The notes: a model not told the origin generated them from the sequence alone. Counted from the first letter of the stretch, positions 47,877 to 59,386 are shown. The stretch is 64,000 nucleotides of DNA from an uncultured Gemmatimonadales bacterium (GCA_963798915.1 CAWCVB010000002.1:256001-320000), one strand, 5' to 3'. Program-made: numbers and translations.

Positions 47877-50570
47877 CGGACCACCCATGCCGCGTCATTC
47901 TTCAGCAACGCCTGGATGCGGGGATCATCACGGATTCCGTCGAAGAGGGGGTCGAGACGGATGGAGGCCGGGGTGATTTCCAGCACTGACGCCCAGGTGA
48001 CCGGCGTGCGAGCCCGTGCCGTGATCAGCCGGATGGCCTCGTCGCGATGTCCCAGCAGCAGGTGAATTGCTATCAGGCCGTCGACGCTTCGCGGGCCCTC
48101 GGCGGCATCACGCGCCGCCGGATTCAACACGATCGCGCGCTGGCCCTCTTCAACGGCGTCAACGGCGCGCCCCTGGATCGCGCGGGAGATGCCCAGGATC
48201 GTGTGGAAGTCGGCGGCAGTTCCGAAGACGCCGGCTCCACCCAAGCGGTCGAGGAAGGCGCTGGCGAGCCGTGCGGCCGAATCGGCGCGCGCCCGGGCCC
48301 GGGCGAGTGAACCCGACGCCACGTCATCGAGAGCCAGATATATCAACTGCTGCGGCCGATCGAGTGGTCGGGCGTTCTCGGTCTGGTTCAATGCCACGGC
48401 GGCGGCGTCGAACTGGCGGGCAATGCGCGCCAGCATGGCCGTCATCCCCGCGCGCAGCTCGGGCGAGACTCCTGTCGGAAGCGACGCAACGAACGTTCGG
48501 GCCGCCGCAGTATCTCCTCGGCCGAACACGATCGCCCAGAACAACCGCCCGGTATTGACTTCGCTCGCTGGGTCGACAATCTGGGCCCGGCGCAGCATCT
48601 GCTCAGCCTCGGGTAGTCGCCGCGTCACCAGGTAGGTCCATCCCATGTCACTCAGCGCGCCAGCGTTTCTCGGATCAAGCGCGATCAGCTTCCGTTCCGC
48701 GGCGAGCGCCTCGTCCCAATGGCCCCGTCGGCGCGCGATGAACCCGACCCCCGCGACCGCGTCGGCGTCGCTGGGCCGGGCCGCGGCCACGGCCCGGAAG
48801 AGAGCGAGCGCGGCGTCGAAGTCGGCTCGCGCGTAGTACGCGATAGTACGCCTGGGCGATCTTCGTCTCGGATGACGCCGGCGCCAGCGCTACGGCGCGA
48901 TTCAGGGCAGCCCGGGCCGGCAACGTATCGCTCGTCGTACCTTCGCGCACCAGCCAGCTCCGCGCCGCCGCGAGGCCGGCCCATGCCTCGGCGAAATTCG
49001 AATCGAGCGCGACCGCGCGCTCGAAGGCGCGCGTGGCCCCGGTGTCGGTGATGAACGTGCCGCGATTGGCGAACATCGCCTGCCCGCGATGGTACCAGTC
49101 GATCGCCTCGAGGTTTTGGGTCGGCGCCTTCCGCGCCGCCGCGATCTCCGAACTGGTGAAGCTCGCCCGGAGTGCCTGCGCCACGTTGCTCGCGATGTCA
49201 CCCTGGATGGTGAAGATGTTCTGCGCCGACAGCTCGCGATCGTAGGAGTCGGCCCAGATCTGGCGATCGCTCGGCGCATCCACCAGCTGCACCGTCACGC
49301 GCACCTGGTTGCCGGCCCGCTGGACCTGGCCCTGCAGCAGGCTCTGCACGCCCAGTTCCGACCCGATCTGTCGGGTCCCCTTGGTGGTGTGCCGGTATTC
49401 CTGCACCGAGTTCCGCGACGTCACCTGCAGCGCGCCAAGACGGGTCAGGTCAGTCAGGATTTCGCTCTGCATGCCGTCGGTGAACGCCGCATTACTGCTG
49501 TCGCCGCCGACGTTCTCAAACGGCAGCACCGCCACCGACCGCGGGCCCGTGGCGCCACGGGTAGCGCCGGCGCCACGTCCTGTGGCTCGCGTGAGCGCAT
49601 AGCCGCCGGCCGCCAGCACTAGCAGTCCGATCGCGGCCATGGCCCAGCGCGGTACGCGGCTGAACAGCGCCCTGGCCGGACGGGCCGCGGCAACTGGCAT
49701 CGTGGCCGTTGGCGTCAATCCTCCGCTCGGCGTGGCCAGCGGCTCGAGCTGCGCCAGCATCTCTTCGGCGGACTGCCACCGGTCTGCCGGCCGCTTCTCC
49801 AGGGCCTTCATGATGACATTCGTCAGCGCCGGCGAAAGCGACGGCCGGTGGCTGCTCAGGAGCTCGGGTGCCTGCATCACGTGCGCGGCGAGAACCTGCT
49901 GCGGTGAGGCGCCGGTGAAGGGCGGACGTCCGGCCAGCAGCTCGTAGCCCATGACGCCCAGCGCATAGATGTCGACGCGGTGGTCGAGATGCGGATCCGC
50001 ACTCGCCTGTTCCGGCGCCATGTATGCCGGGGTGCCGAGGGCCACGCCAAGGGTGGTAAGGCGGTTCTGCCCGCTCGCCTCGTTCACCGCCTTGGCGACG
50101 CCGAAATCCATCACCAGCGCGTGACGGCCGGAGAGCATCACGTTCTCGGGCTTGATGTCGCGGTGCACCACGCCCCGGCTGTGGGCGTGGCCCAGCGCAT
50201 CGGCGATCTCGGAGAGCAGTCGCACCGCCTCGTGGACCGGGAGCTCCCCCTGGCGCGTCAGACGCTCGCGGAGCGACTCGCCTTCCACGTAGGGCATGAC
50301 GTAGTAGAGGAAGCCGTCGGCGCTGCCGGAATCGAACACGCCGAGGATGTGGGGGTGCTGGAGCCGCGCGGCGATCTCGATCTCCTGCGTGAAGCGATCG
50401 GGACCGAGCGCGGCGGTCAGGTCCGGCCGCAGCACCTTGATGGCCACCTGGCGGCGATGCCTGATGTCTTCGGCGAGATAGACCGTGGCCATGCCGCCCG
50501 CACCAAGCTCGCGCTCGATGCGATACCGGCTGGCGAGGGCGGCAGAAAGTCGCGTGAGGGTATCAGGCAT
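47873..50570 (-). CDS. K12: Ser/Thr kinase - TM - TolB-N-like - TPR, with a +1 frameshift near 48842
   Basis: ORF 48675..50570 (kinase, SVAVLPFEN) and ORF 47873..48790 (TPRs, DPLFDGIRDDPR) join if one base is removed at TAC TAT C GCG TAC TAC. Confidence 0.87.
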
Positions 50571-50640
50571 GTTGCACCCTCAGTTCACCGCCCGAGCCGC
50601 GGCTTGCAGCCGCGAGCCGATCGATTGACGCGGTTGGCAT
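50563..50640 (-). pseudogene. Decayed kinase-start mini-ORF (25 aa) containing a REP-like hairpin
   Basis: ATG directly follows the K13 TAG: MPTASIDRLAAASRGSGGELRVQHA*; its stop overlaps the K12 start by 8 nt. Confidence 0.65.
50592..50618 (+). repeat. REP-like hairpin, 26/27 identical to 18384-18410
   Basis: ccgagccgcggcttgcagccgcgagcc. Confidence 0.75.
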
Positions 50641-53324
50641 CTACTGCCTTACCCGGGCGAGCTTGGCGGCCGTTTCCGTCCACCACCCGAGCACCACGTC
50701 AACCCTCGCCCGCGGCGGGGCCTTGATGAACAGGAAGTGCAGGCCGTCCGGAGAGACGTCAAAGGCATCCGCTTGGGAGTCACGGAAATACCGGCTGGCG
50801 TCGAACAGCCGCTGCGACGACCCGGCCGGGTTCGGCTTGCGCTCGTCCATTGGGGTGGCCATGACTATGGACTGGCCGTCCAGATAGAAAAGCTGCCGGC
50901 CATCGCGCGCCCAGATCGGGCTCGTGCCGCCGGCGTTCGACACCTGGATCCGCGCACCGCCGTCCGGGAACGGCGTGAGATACACCTCGTCGCGTCCCGA
51001 CGCGTCCGAGGTGTACGCCAGCCAGTGCCCGTCCGGTGAAACGGCGGGATTGCGTTCGTCGGCACGGGTCGTGACCAATGGACGCGCGCTGGTATCGCCT
51101 TTGGCCGCCGCGAAGATGTCGCGCCGCGTGCGACCATCGTCATAGCCCTCGCGGAACGCGAAGTCGTGGCCGGCGGCCGGCCAACTGACCTCTTGCACGT
51201 GCCTCGCGCGCGCCAGGACCAGGCGGAGCGTGTCGCTGCCGTCAACGGGGACCGAGAATAGCTGGCGCAAGCCGCTGCTGCTCCCATGGTCACTGGAGAA
51301 GAACAGGCGGCGTCCGTCCGGCGTCCACGCCGGGCGGAACGAGTAATCGCCGGTGGAGGTGAGTCGTGAGAACGTGCGCCGCCGCAGGTCGTACACCCAG
51401 ATAGTGGACGTCGTACCGGACGGGTCTCCGACCGCAGCGGCGATCTGCTCGCCGCTGGGCGAGAGCGCCACGCCGAGATAGGGTCGGGCGAGCGTCGAGT
51501 CCACGATGGTCTCGACGCCCTCGCGGGACACCCATGTGAGCAGCGAGACCGCGCTGGTCGCCGGCTGGTAGAATAATGTCCCGTCGCGGCCCACCGCCGC
51601 GGCCATGCCTCCGTCCGCGGTGTACACCCCCGTCAGCACGGGGACGGACGTGCCGCTCACGCGATGGCCATCGAACGGTTGGGCCTGCACCGATCCATCA
51701 GCGGTTGCGTAGAGCAGCCAGCCATCGCGAACTGCCAGCGGCAGCAGGCCGGCCACGAGCTTGGTCCGCGTGCCAGCCCGCAGGTCGAACGCCACGATCC
51801 AGCCGTTCGCGAGGGAGCCGACCCCACGGGTCGCCGCCAGCAGTGTTCGGCCATCGTCGAGCATGAGTGGATACTGCAGACCGCCGCTCCCCGTAGCCGA
51901 CACGCTGTCGGCGGAAATGGTCGCGACGTCCTCGGTCGGTCCGCCGGTGGCCGGAATGCGCGCGATCGCAGTGCCGGCGTCACCGTGGCAATAATAGATG
52001 TAGCCGTCCGTTGCCCACGACACGCCGCATTTGCCGGACGCGTCCCTCGTCAACAGCGCCGGTGCGCGTCCGTCCACGCCAATGGTGTGGAACTCCTTGG
52101 ACCGTGTGGTGTACGCGATGCTTCTGCCGTCAGGTGAAAAGGTCACGTCACCTGCCGAGGCCGTTCCCGGCAGCAATTCCGAGGTGTCGCGGTCCATCCA
52201 ACGCACCCGGATACCCGGGCTGGCCCCGCCAAAGTCGGAATAAGCCAATGCCCGGCCGTCAGGCGACACAGCCGGCTGCGTGGTCGATCCCACCACCGTG
52301 GATGCACCCGACAGGGAAAAGCGCACGACGCGCAGCGCCGGCGAGGGCCGATGGAGCGCGTATCCCACCGCGCCCGCCGCCACCAGCATCGCGGCCACGG
52401 CGGCGTACCGCCACCACCGCGCGCCGCGCTGGCCGGTCGACGCCGCGGAGAACGGGCTGGCCGTGGTTCCGGCGAACGACGGGTTCTCGAGCGCGTCGGC
52501 GAACGCCTTCGCGCTGTCGAAGCGATCCGCCGGCAGCTTCTCCAGCGCCTTCGCGACGCGCCGCCGCCACGTTCGGCGGCACCGACTTGCGGAGCTCGGT
52601 CACCGGCGCGCGCGTGCTCGGTCATGATCTTCATGATGATCTGCTGCGCCGAGCCGCCCGACGTGCGGCGGCTGGCCCGGCGAGCATCTCGTACAGCACG
52701 CTCGCCGAGCGAGTAGAGTCGCTGCGGCCGTGATCTCCTTCTCGGCCGTGGCCTGCTCGGGGCTCATGTAGTGCGGCGTGCCGAGCGAGCAGCCCGGTCT
52801 CGGTCATGCGGCCGCCCGCCGCGGCGCTCACCGCGAGCGCGATGCCGAAGTCGGCCACCATCGGCCGGCCGTCGTGCAGCAGGATGTTCTCCGGCTTGAT
52901 GTCGCGGTGGATCACGCCCGTGCCGGTGCGCGTAGTCGCAGCGCGTCGGCCACCTCGGTCGTGATGCCGCACCGCCTCATCGATGCCGAGCTGCGGTCTC
53001 GCGGTCGAGCTTGCTCGCGGAGCGTCTCGCCGTCGATGAACGGCATCACGTAGTAGAGGAAGCCCGTCGCGCCGTCGCCGCTGAATCGAAGAGCGGCAGG
53101 ATGTGCGGATGCTGCAGCGCCGCGGTGGTCTTGATCTCCAGCACGAACCGCTCGGCGCCGAGCACGGCGGCGAGCTCGGGCTTAGCACCTTGAGCGCGAC
53201 CTGGCGATCGTGCTTCAGGTCTCGGCGAGATAGACGGTGGCCATGCCGCCTGGCCGAGCTCGCGCTCGATGCGGTAGCGGTCGGCGAGGGCCGAGACGAG
53301 CGGGCGCGCGCGGGGGGCCGTCAC
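50641..53324 (-). pseudogene. K13: Ser/Thr kinase - TM - beta-propeller; kinase half broken by many indels (pseudogene or poor assembly consensus)
   Basis: Kinase motifs are scattered over ORFs 53046..53360, 52631..53188, 52259..52603 and 52143..52634; the 585-aa TM+propeller ORF 50641..52398 is intact; GTG start overlaps the K14 stop. Confidence 0.8.
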
Positions 53325-55987
53325 TGGTGCGCCTTCGCCGCCGCGAGCAGCGCCCGCCACTGGTCGACGTAGACGACGCGCGCCCTCGCCGACCCGGCGT
53401 CGCGCTTCTCCAGCATCAGGAAGTCGCCTCCGGGCAGCACGTCGTACGCGACGGCGCCGAGGCCCTGTTCGAAGCGGTCCATGGAGAAGAGGGCGCGCCG
53501 GGAGCGCACGGTGAACCCGGCGCCGGTCGTCACCTCGGAGGCCATGAGGCTGTCGCCGCCGATGTAGAACAGCTCGCGGCCGTCGCGGGACCAGCGGGGC
53601 GTCCTTCCACCGCCGGCAGAGACCTGCCAGAGGTCGGCGCGCGAGGGGTCGGTGGACCGGACGTACATTTCGCCCTCGGATGCGTACGCCAGCCAGCGCC
53701 CGTCGGGCGAGGGACGGGGGGAGTGTACGCGCGCCGGCAAGACCGACGATCAGGCCCGGTCGGCGGCGGTGGGCTGGTCGAGGGAGTGGGCGTAGATGGC
53801 GCTCCGGCCGGGCTGGAATCTCAGGTAATAGAGCGTGCGGCCGTCCGCCGAGGGTGCCGGGCTCCGACGTTCATCGCCGTATCACGCACGACGCTGCGCG
53901 GAGGCGATGCGCTGCCCACCGTCGCCTGGAAGATCTCGCCCACCTGGGCATCGTTGGCGGCGAAGAACAGAGTTGCGCCCGTCGGCGCTGAAGGCCGGAG
54001 CGCTCGTCACGGTCGCGGGGACCGTGATCCGGCTGGCGGCGCCGCTGCGCAGATCGCGCACCAGGATGTCCCAGGTTCCAAGCTCGACCGAGGCTGCTGC
54101 GCGAGTGCCATCGCGCGAGGCCGCGACGTCGCGGGCGTACCCCACCCACGTGGAGTCGAGGAGCGCCACGGCACCGTCGCGGCGGACGCGCGCGAAGCTC
54201 AGCCGGGGCGTGTGCGAGCCGCCCGTCGCGAACACGAGCTGCCCGCTCCGCGCGACGGCGATCTGCGGGAACGCGTCGGTGCCGATCATGGTCCCCACCG
54301 TAAGGGGCACGGGCGCGCCCGTGATGCGGCGCTTCGCCGCGTCGAAGGGCACGGCCACCAGCGTGCTGTCCGGCCGCACGACCAGGAGATATCCCGGATT
54401 CAGGTAGCGGGCCCAGAAGCCGGGCGTGAGCAGTCGGTGGCGTCCCGTGGCGGGGTCGGACACGGCGATCCGGAAACGCGAGTTGTCGCCGTAGTTGCGC
54501 GGTATCACCACGAACAGGACAGCCTTTCCGCCCGGGAGCGGGCTGCCGCCCGTGTGGAAGACCTCGCCGGCTGCGGCATCCAGGCGGGTGACCTGCTCCC
54601 ACGCGACACCGCGCACGGGCACCCGCAGGATTCCGGCGTGGCCGCTGACGAGCAGGTGGTCGTTATCCGCCCACTCGATGACCGAAAAGCTGGGCAGCGT
54701 ATCGGTCACCGTCGTGACGGGTCCGCCGGTGGGCGACACCAGGCGCAGCGCATGACCCTCGAGAAACGCCACCCGGCGCCCATCCGGCGAGACCGCCGGA
54801 TAGCTCGCGCTGTCGGTGCCAGGCAGCGGCCGCGGATCCAGCGCGTCCGCGTCCCGGACCCAGAGCCCGGTTCCTGCCGAGGCGCGCGCTACGTAGACCA
54901 GCCTCGATCCGTCCGGCGAGAGCGCGAAGGAGCCCTCGGGAAGTGCGCTGTCGGGAAACGAGAGCGTCGCGAGCCAGGGGTGGTCGCCGGCCGCCGCCGA
55001 CAGCGGATTGGTACGCCCCACGCCGCCGGCTCCCCGCCTCCAGCCCCACGCCGCCGCGGCCAGGGCAATCAGAGCGATCACGGCCGAGGCGCTCGTCGCC
55101 CGGTGCCGCCGCCAACCATCCGGACGCCCTGGACCGGTAGCGCGGGCCCGGAAGGAATGGGTCGTCAGCGCACCGGCGAACTCCGCCGCGGCGCCGAAGC
55201 GGTCGGCCGGCAGCTTCTCCAGCGCGGTATGGACCGCCGCTTCTACGTACGCCGGCACGCTGCGGCGCCGCGTCGCCAGCGGCTTCGGCTTCTCCGTGAT
55301 CACCTGCGCCACGATCGCCTGGGCGGTGGGGCCGGTGAATGGCGGCTCGCCGGCGAGCATCTCGTAGGTGACCGCGCCGAGCGCATAGATGTCGGAGCGC
55401 GGCCCGATCCCCCGCTCGCCCATGGCCTGCTCGGGGCTCATGTACTGCGGCGTGCCGAGCGAGAGGCCGGTCTGGGTCATGCGCTGCCCACCGGCCTGCT
55501 GCACGGCGAGCGCTATCCCGAAGTCCGCTACCAGGGCATGCCCGTTCTGGAGGAGGATGTTCTCGGGCTTCACGTCGCGGTGCACCACGCCCCGCTCATG
55601 TGCGTACTGCAGTGCGTCCGCGACTTCGGTGGCGATGCGCACCGCGTCGCTCACGGGAAGCTGCTGCTCGCGCTCGAGGCGGGCGCGGAGCGTCTCCCCC
55701 TCTACCAACGGCATCACGTAGTAGAGGAAACCATCGGCCGAGCCGCTGTCGAACAGCGGCAGGATGTGCGGGTGCTGCAGCGACGCGGTCAGCTCGATCT
55801 CCCTGAGGAAACGCTCCGGCCCCAACATCGCCGAGAGCTCCGGGTGGAGGACCTTGATCGCGACACGCCGGCGGTGCTTGAGGTCCTGGGCCAGGTATAC
55901 CGTGGCCATCCCGCCCTGGCCCAACTCGCGCTCGATGCGGTAGCGGTCGGCCAGGGCCGCGGCGAGTCGTTCCGGGGCGTCGCTCAT
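53321..55987 (-). CDS. K14: Ser/Thr kinase - TM - beta-propeller; C-terminal part frameshifted at about 53.7-54.0 kb
   Basis: ORF 53882..55987 has an intact kinase and most of the propeller; the last blades (SPDGRWLAY...WQVS.GGG..PRWSRDGRELFY) are in ORF 53321..53740. Confidence 0.85.
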
Positions 55988-58692
55988 TGCTTCACCTTTG
56001 CCGTGAGGTCGGCAAAGAAGTGCTCGACCAGCACCAGGTCCTGGCCCCGCTCGCGGTCGGGCCGACGGATCATCACAAAGTGGCTGTCGTCCGGCGCGAC
56101 GTCATACTGCGGGCGGTTGACCGCGTTGGCATACGCCGTCACCGGGAAGAGCGCGCGGGCACTGCCGGGGGAGAATCCGGCGCCGGGCGCCACCGGAAGG
56201 CTCATCAAGCGGCCGTGGCTCCGAAAGAAGAGCTCGCGTCCGTTGTGGGCCCATCGGGGCTCGCTGCCGCCACCCTGCGAGATGGGATACTTCACCTGCA
56301 TGTCGGGAAATGAGGCGACATAGACCTCCGAGGAGCCCGAGTGATCCGAGGTGAAGGCCAGCCATCGGCTGTCGGGCGAGAGGGCGATCTGGGTGTTGAA
56401 GCTGCTGTCGGAGTAGATCATGTGGAGGGTAGTGTCGCCCCTCAGGCGCCGAGCGTGAATGACGCCGAACGAGGCCTGATCATCGGCCCGCACTACCAGC
56501 CATTCCCCATCGCGACTGAATTCCGCCTCCCAGATGCCGGCGTCGATGTGGAGCAGGAGCCGGGGGGGCGCGCTGCCATCGAGCGGGGCCTGGTAGACTT
56601 CGTTTGCGCCCGCGTTCGACGAGAGGCCGTTGGTGGTCGTGAAGGCAAAGCTGCGCCCATCCGCAGACCAGCTCGGGCGCCAGCTTCCGAGGTCACCACG
56701 GGAAATCCGCAGGCGGGACCCATCTTGGCGGCGGACCCAGAGCTGGGTCACGCCCTCGCGCACGCTGACGGCGAGGGCCTTGCCATCGGGGGAGAGCGCG
56801 GGATACTCGAAGTTTCCCGTCCAGTCCGGCGCGAAGGGTTGCTCGGTGCCGTCGCGCGAGACCCGGACGAGGGTCGACTTCCGGAGATCCTGGGTACCAA
56901 ACGACAGGAGCGCCGTGCCCGATGCCGACAGGGCCAGGCCATTCGGCGCCACGCCATCGGCGATCGAGATCGCGCCCGAGGTAACGGTCATGCGCTTCAG
57001 ATCGAACCCAACCGCATAGAGGCCGCCATCCCGACTGGTGTAGAGCAGGTGTCCGGTGGGGGAGTACCAGCCGCCCGTGGCATTGGGCACCAGGAGCCGG
57101 GTCGTGTCGCGCGCAATATCAAAGACGTAGACCGCCGAGCCGCTGGCGCAGTTGCCTGGGCAACCGGTGAACAGCAAGCCGCGGCTTCCCGGAAGCGCGG
57201 TCAGCACCGATGGATCATCACGGTGCCCAACAGTCGCGGGGCGCAATGTCGTGACCGGTCCCCCATCGCCGGGGACACGCGCCAGGGCGTTGGCGACATC
57301 AATGAAGGCGACGGTCCCGTCGTCGAGCCAGGCGCCGACCGGATAGGTCTCGTTCGCCGAACTGGCGAGCTGAATCGATCCCCCACCAGAGACACGAACC
57401 TTCCGGAGGATGCCGCCATGGACGAAGTATCCGATCCAGTTGCCATCGGGCGAGAAGAAGGGTCCCGACGCACCCTCCGTTCCGTCGATCGCCGTGGGCC
57501 GGGCTTCGTTGCGTCTCTTGAGGAACAGCCGTGTCTCGTCGCCGATCGAATCCGAGAAGACGATATTTTCCCCATCGGGTGAGATGGCGACCCGGGTCTC
57601 GGTCCGCACTGAACTGGGGAGCAGGAAGTCAGGATACGGGGTATTCCAGAGCAACACCCGCTGGCGGCTGGGCAGCATCACGGCGCCCGGACGCAACCAG
57701 CCCCAGAGGGCTGCGGCGCCGAGCAGGAGGGCCAGCACTGGAAACACATACTGCATGCGCCGACTGGTTGGCGGCGGCGGCATCGGCCGCGGCATCGTCC
57801 GGCGGCTGGTGGTGCCGCTATCGCTGAGCGCTGCGGCGAACTCCGCCGCTGAGGAATAGCGGTCGGCCGGCAGCTTCTCGAGCGCCGTAAACACCGCCGC
57901 CTCAACCCCGGGCGGCACGCTCTTGCGCTGGAGCGTGAGCGGGCGCGGCTCCTCCGTCATCACCCGCGCAATGATCGCCTGGGCGGTGGGACCATTGAAT
58001 GGCGGCTCACCCACCAGCATCTCGTAGGTGATGCAGCCCAGGGCATACACGTCGCTGCGGGCGGTGATTTCCCGCTCACCCATGGCCTGCTCAGGGCTCA
58101 TGTAGTGCGGGGTGCCGAGACTCATGCCGGTCTCGGTCATCCGGGTACCGGCGCCACTGCTGGCGGCGAGCGCAATGCCAAAATCGGCCACCAGTGCGCT
58201 GCCGTCATGCAGCAGGATATTCTCGGGCTTGATGTCGCGATGGATCACACTGTGCCGATGGGCGTAATCCAGCGCGCTCGCCACTTCGGTGGCGATCCGC
58301 ACCGCGTCACCGATCGGCAACTGTTTCTCCCGGGTGATCCGCTCGCGCAGCGATTCGCCCTCGACGTACGGCATCACGTAGTATAGGAAGTCGACGGTCG
58401 ACGGTCGACTGTCGACTGTTGACCGTGGACCCTCGACCGCTGCCACACCCGAATCGATCAGCGCCAGGATATGCGGGTGCTGCAGGTTGGCGGTGGTCCG
58501 GATCTCGGCCAGAAACCGCTCGGCGCCGATGACCGCGGCCAGCTCGGGTCGCAGGACCTTGATGGCCACCTTGCGGTGGTGCTTCAGGTCTTCGGCGAGA
58601 TAGACCGTCGCCATGCCGCCCGCGCCCAACTCGCGCTCGATGGCGTACCGGTTGGCGAGGGCGCTGGAAAGGCGGCTGAGCGCGTCAGTCAT
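55984..58692 (-). CDS. K15: Ser/Thr kinase - TM - TolB/PD40-like beta-propeller
   Basis: Starts MTDALSRLSSALANRY at 58692; intact kinase motifs, TM and SPDG repeats. Confidence 0.95.
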   Translation of the reverse strand: MTDALSRLSSALANRYAIERELGAGGMATVYLAEDLKHHRKVAIKVLRPELAAVIGAERFLAEIRTTANLQHPHILALIDSGVAAVEGPRSTVDSRPSTVDFLYYVMPYVEGESLRERITREKQLPIGDAVRIATEVASALDYAHRHSVIHRDIKPENILLHDGSALVADFGIALAASSGAGTRMTETGMSLGTPHYMSPEQAMGEREITARSDVYALGCITYEMLVGEPPFNGPTAQAIIARVMTEEPRPLTLQRKSVPPGVEAAVFTALEKLPADRYSSAAEFAAALSDSGTTSRRTMPRPMPPPPTSRRMQYVFPVLALLLGAAALWGWLRPGAVMLPSRQRVLLWNTPYPDFLLPSSVRTETRVAISPDGENIVFSDSIGDETRLFLKRRNEARPTAIDGTEGASGPFFSPDGNWIGYFVHGGILRKVRVSGGGSIQLASSANETYPVGAWLDDGTVAFIDVANALARVPGDGGPVTTLRPATVGHRDDPSVLTALPGSRGLLFTGCPGNCASGSAVYVFDIARDTTRLLVPNATGGWYSPTGHLLYTSRDGGLYAVGFDLKRMTVTSGAISIADGVAPNGLALSASGTALLSFGTQDLRKSTLVRVSRDGTEQPFAPDWTGNFEYPALSPDGKALAVSVREGVTQLWVRRQDGSRLRISRGDLGSWRPSWSADGRSFAFTTTNGLSSNAGANEVYQAPLDGSAPPRLLLHIDAGIWEAEFSRDGEWLVVRADDQASFGVIHARRLRGDTTLHMIYSDSSFNTQIALSPDSRWLAFTSDHSGSSEVYVASFPDMQVKYPISQGGGSEPRWAHNGRELFFRSHGRLMSLPVAPGAGFSPGSARALFPVTAYANAVNRPQYDVAPDDSHFVMIRRPDRERGQDLVLVEHFFADLTAKVKQ
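58389..58437. repeat. Tandem heptamer array (7 units) inside the K15 kinase domain
   Basis: agtcgac ggtcgac ggtcgac tgtcgac tgttgac cgtggac cctcgac; encodes VEGPRSTVDSRPSTVD. Confidence 0.9.
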
Positions 58693-58781
58693 GGGGTAGA
58701 CAAGCGCGTCGCTGAAGCCGCGAGGCCGATTACATAGCCATCGGCGAGCGCGTCGGGGTGACGTGCCAGGAGGTCGGTCAG
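58689..58781 (-). pseudogene. Decayed kinase-start remnant (30 codons)
   Basis: CTG ACC GAC... = LTDLLARHPDALADGYVIG LAASATRLSTP*, resembling MTDALARLSAALADRYVIE; contains cgcggcttcagcgacgcg; TGA overlaps the K15 ATG. Confidence 0.6.
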
Positions 58782-58849
58782 TCCAGGGTCCGGATTGGGA
58801 TGCTTGAAGGTGGGGCTGAGGACCTGTTTCCGCTAGGTAAGCCGCCCTG

Positions 58850-59239
58850 TCAGTTGGCCAAGGGCGGCTCCCAGAGTTCGATCCGGTTGCCTTCCGGGTC
58901 CATGACCCAGCCGAACCGGCCGAACTCCGACGCGTCAGTGCGGCTGTCAACGTCGCAGCCACCGGCCCGCAGCGCTGCCAGCGCCTCATCCAGGTCTTCC
59001 ACCCGGTAGTTGATCATGAAGGGCGCGCTGCCGGGGTCGAAATAGCCGGTATCGGCCGGGAAAATGCTCCAGGCTGTCCCGGTCTGGCGGCCGGCCGGAC
59101 TGGACGGTGCGCCATCGAAGGACACGCCGCCCCACGTGCCGATCTCGAGTCCGAGGTGCGCGCGGTACCACTCGCGCAGCGCCTCTGGATCCCGGGCTTT
59201 GAAGAAAATCCCGCCGATGCCCACCACTCGAATACTCAT
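58850..59239 (-). CDS. VOC/glyoxalase-family protein
   Basis: RVVGIGGIFFKARDP..L..WY...LG; MINYRVEDLD; GRFGWVMDPEGNRIELWEP. Confidence 0.93.
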   Translation of the reverse strand: MSIRVVGIGGIFFKARDPEALREWYRAHLGLEIGTWGGVSFDGAPSSPAGRQTGTAWSIFPADTGYFDPGSAPFMINYRVEDLDEALAALRAGGCDVDSRTDASEFGRFGWVMDPEGNRIELWEPPLAN

Positions 59240-59386
59240 GGCAGCCTCACCTTGAATCGGTACACTACTGGCAAGCCGAGCGAGTCCTCTCCCACCGCGC
59301 AGACGTGATCATCGTGAAAGGCCAGCTGCGAACCCGCCTCGCGCACGGTATCTTCGCTCGCTTTCAGCTTTCAGCCCGCTCACGCC

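Noticed and set aside
53237..56323. 1028-aa plus-strand ORF and other long opposite-strand or off-frame ORFs (558..2900, 28553..30589, 34752..36479, 40550..42376)
   Set aside because: They overlap well-supported genes, are Arg/Gly/Ala/Pro-rich without motifs, and are expected shadows of high-GC codon usage.
39698..58692. Integron or shufflon as the cause of the cassette-like array
   Set aside because: No integrase or recombinase, no attC-like sites, and genes overlap directly with no room for recombination sites.
59359..59386. gctttca gctttca short repeat after the creatininase-family gene
   Set aside because: Only two exact units; too weak to call a terminator or repeat family.
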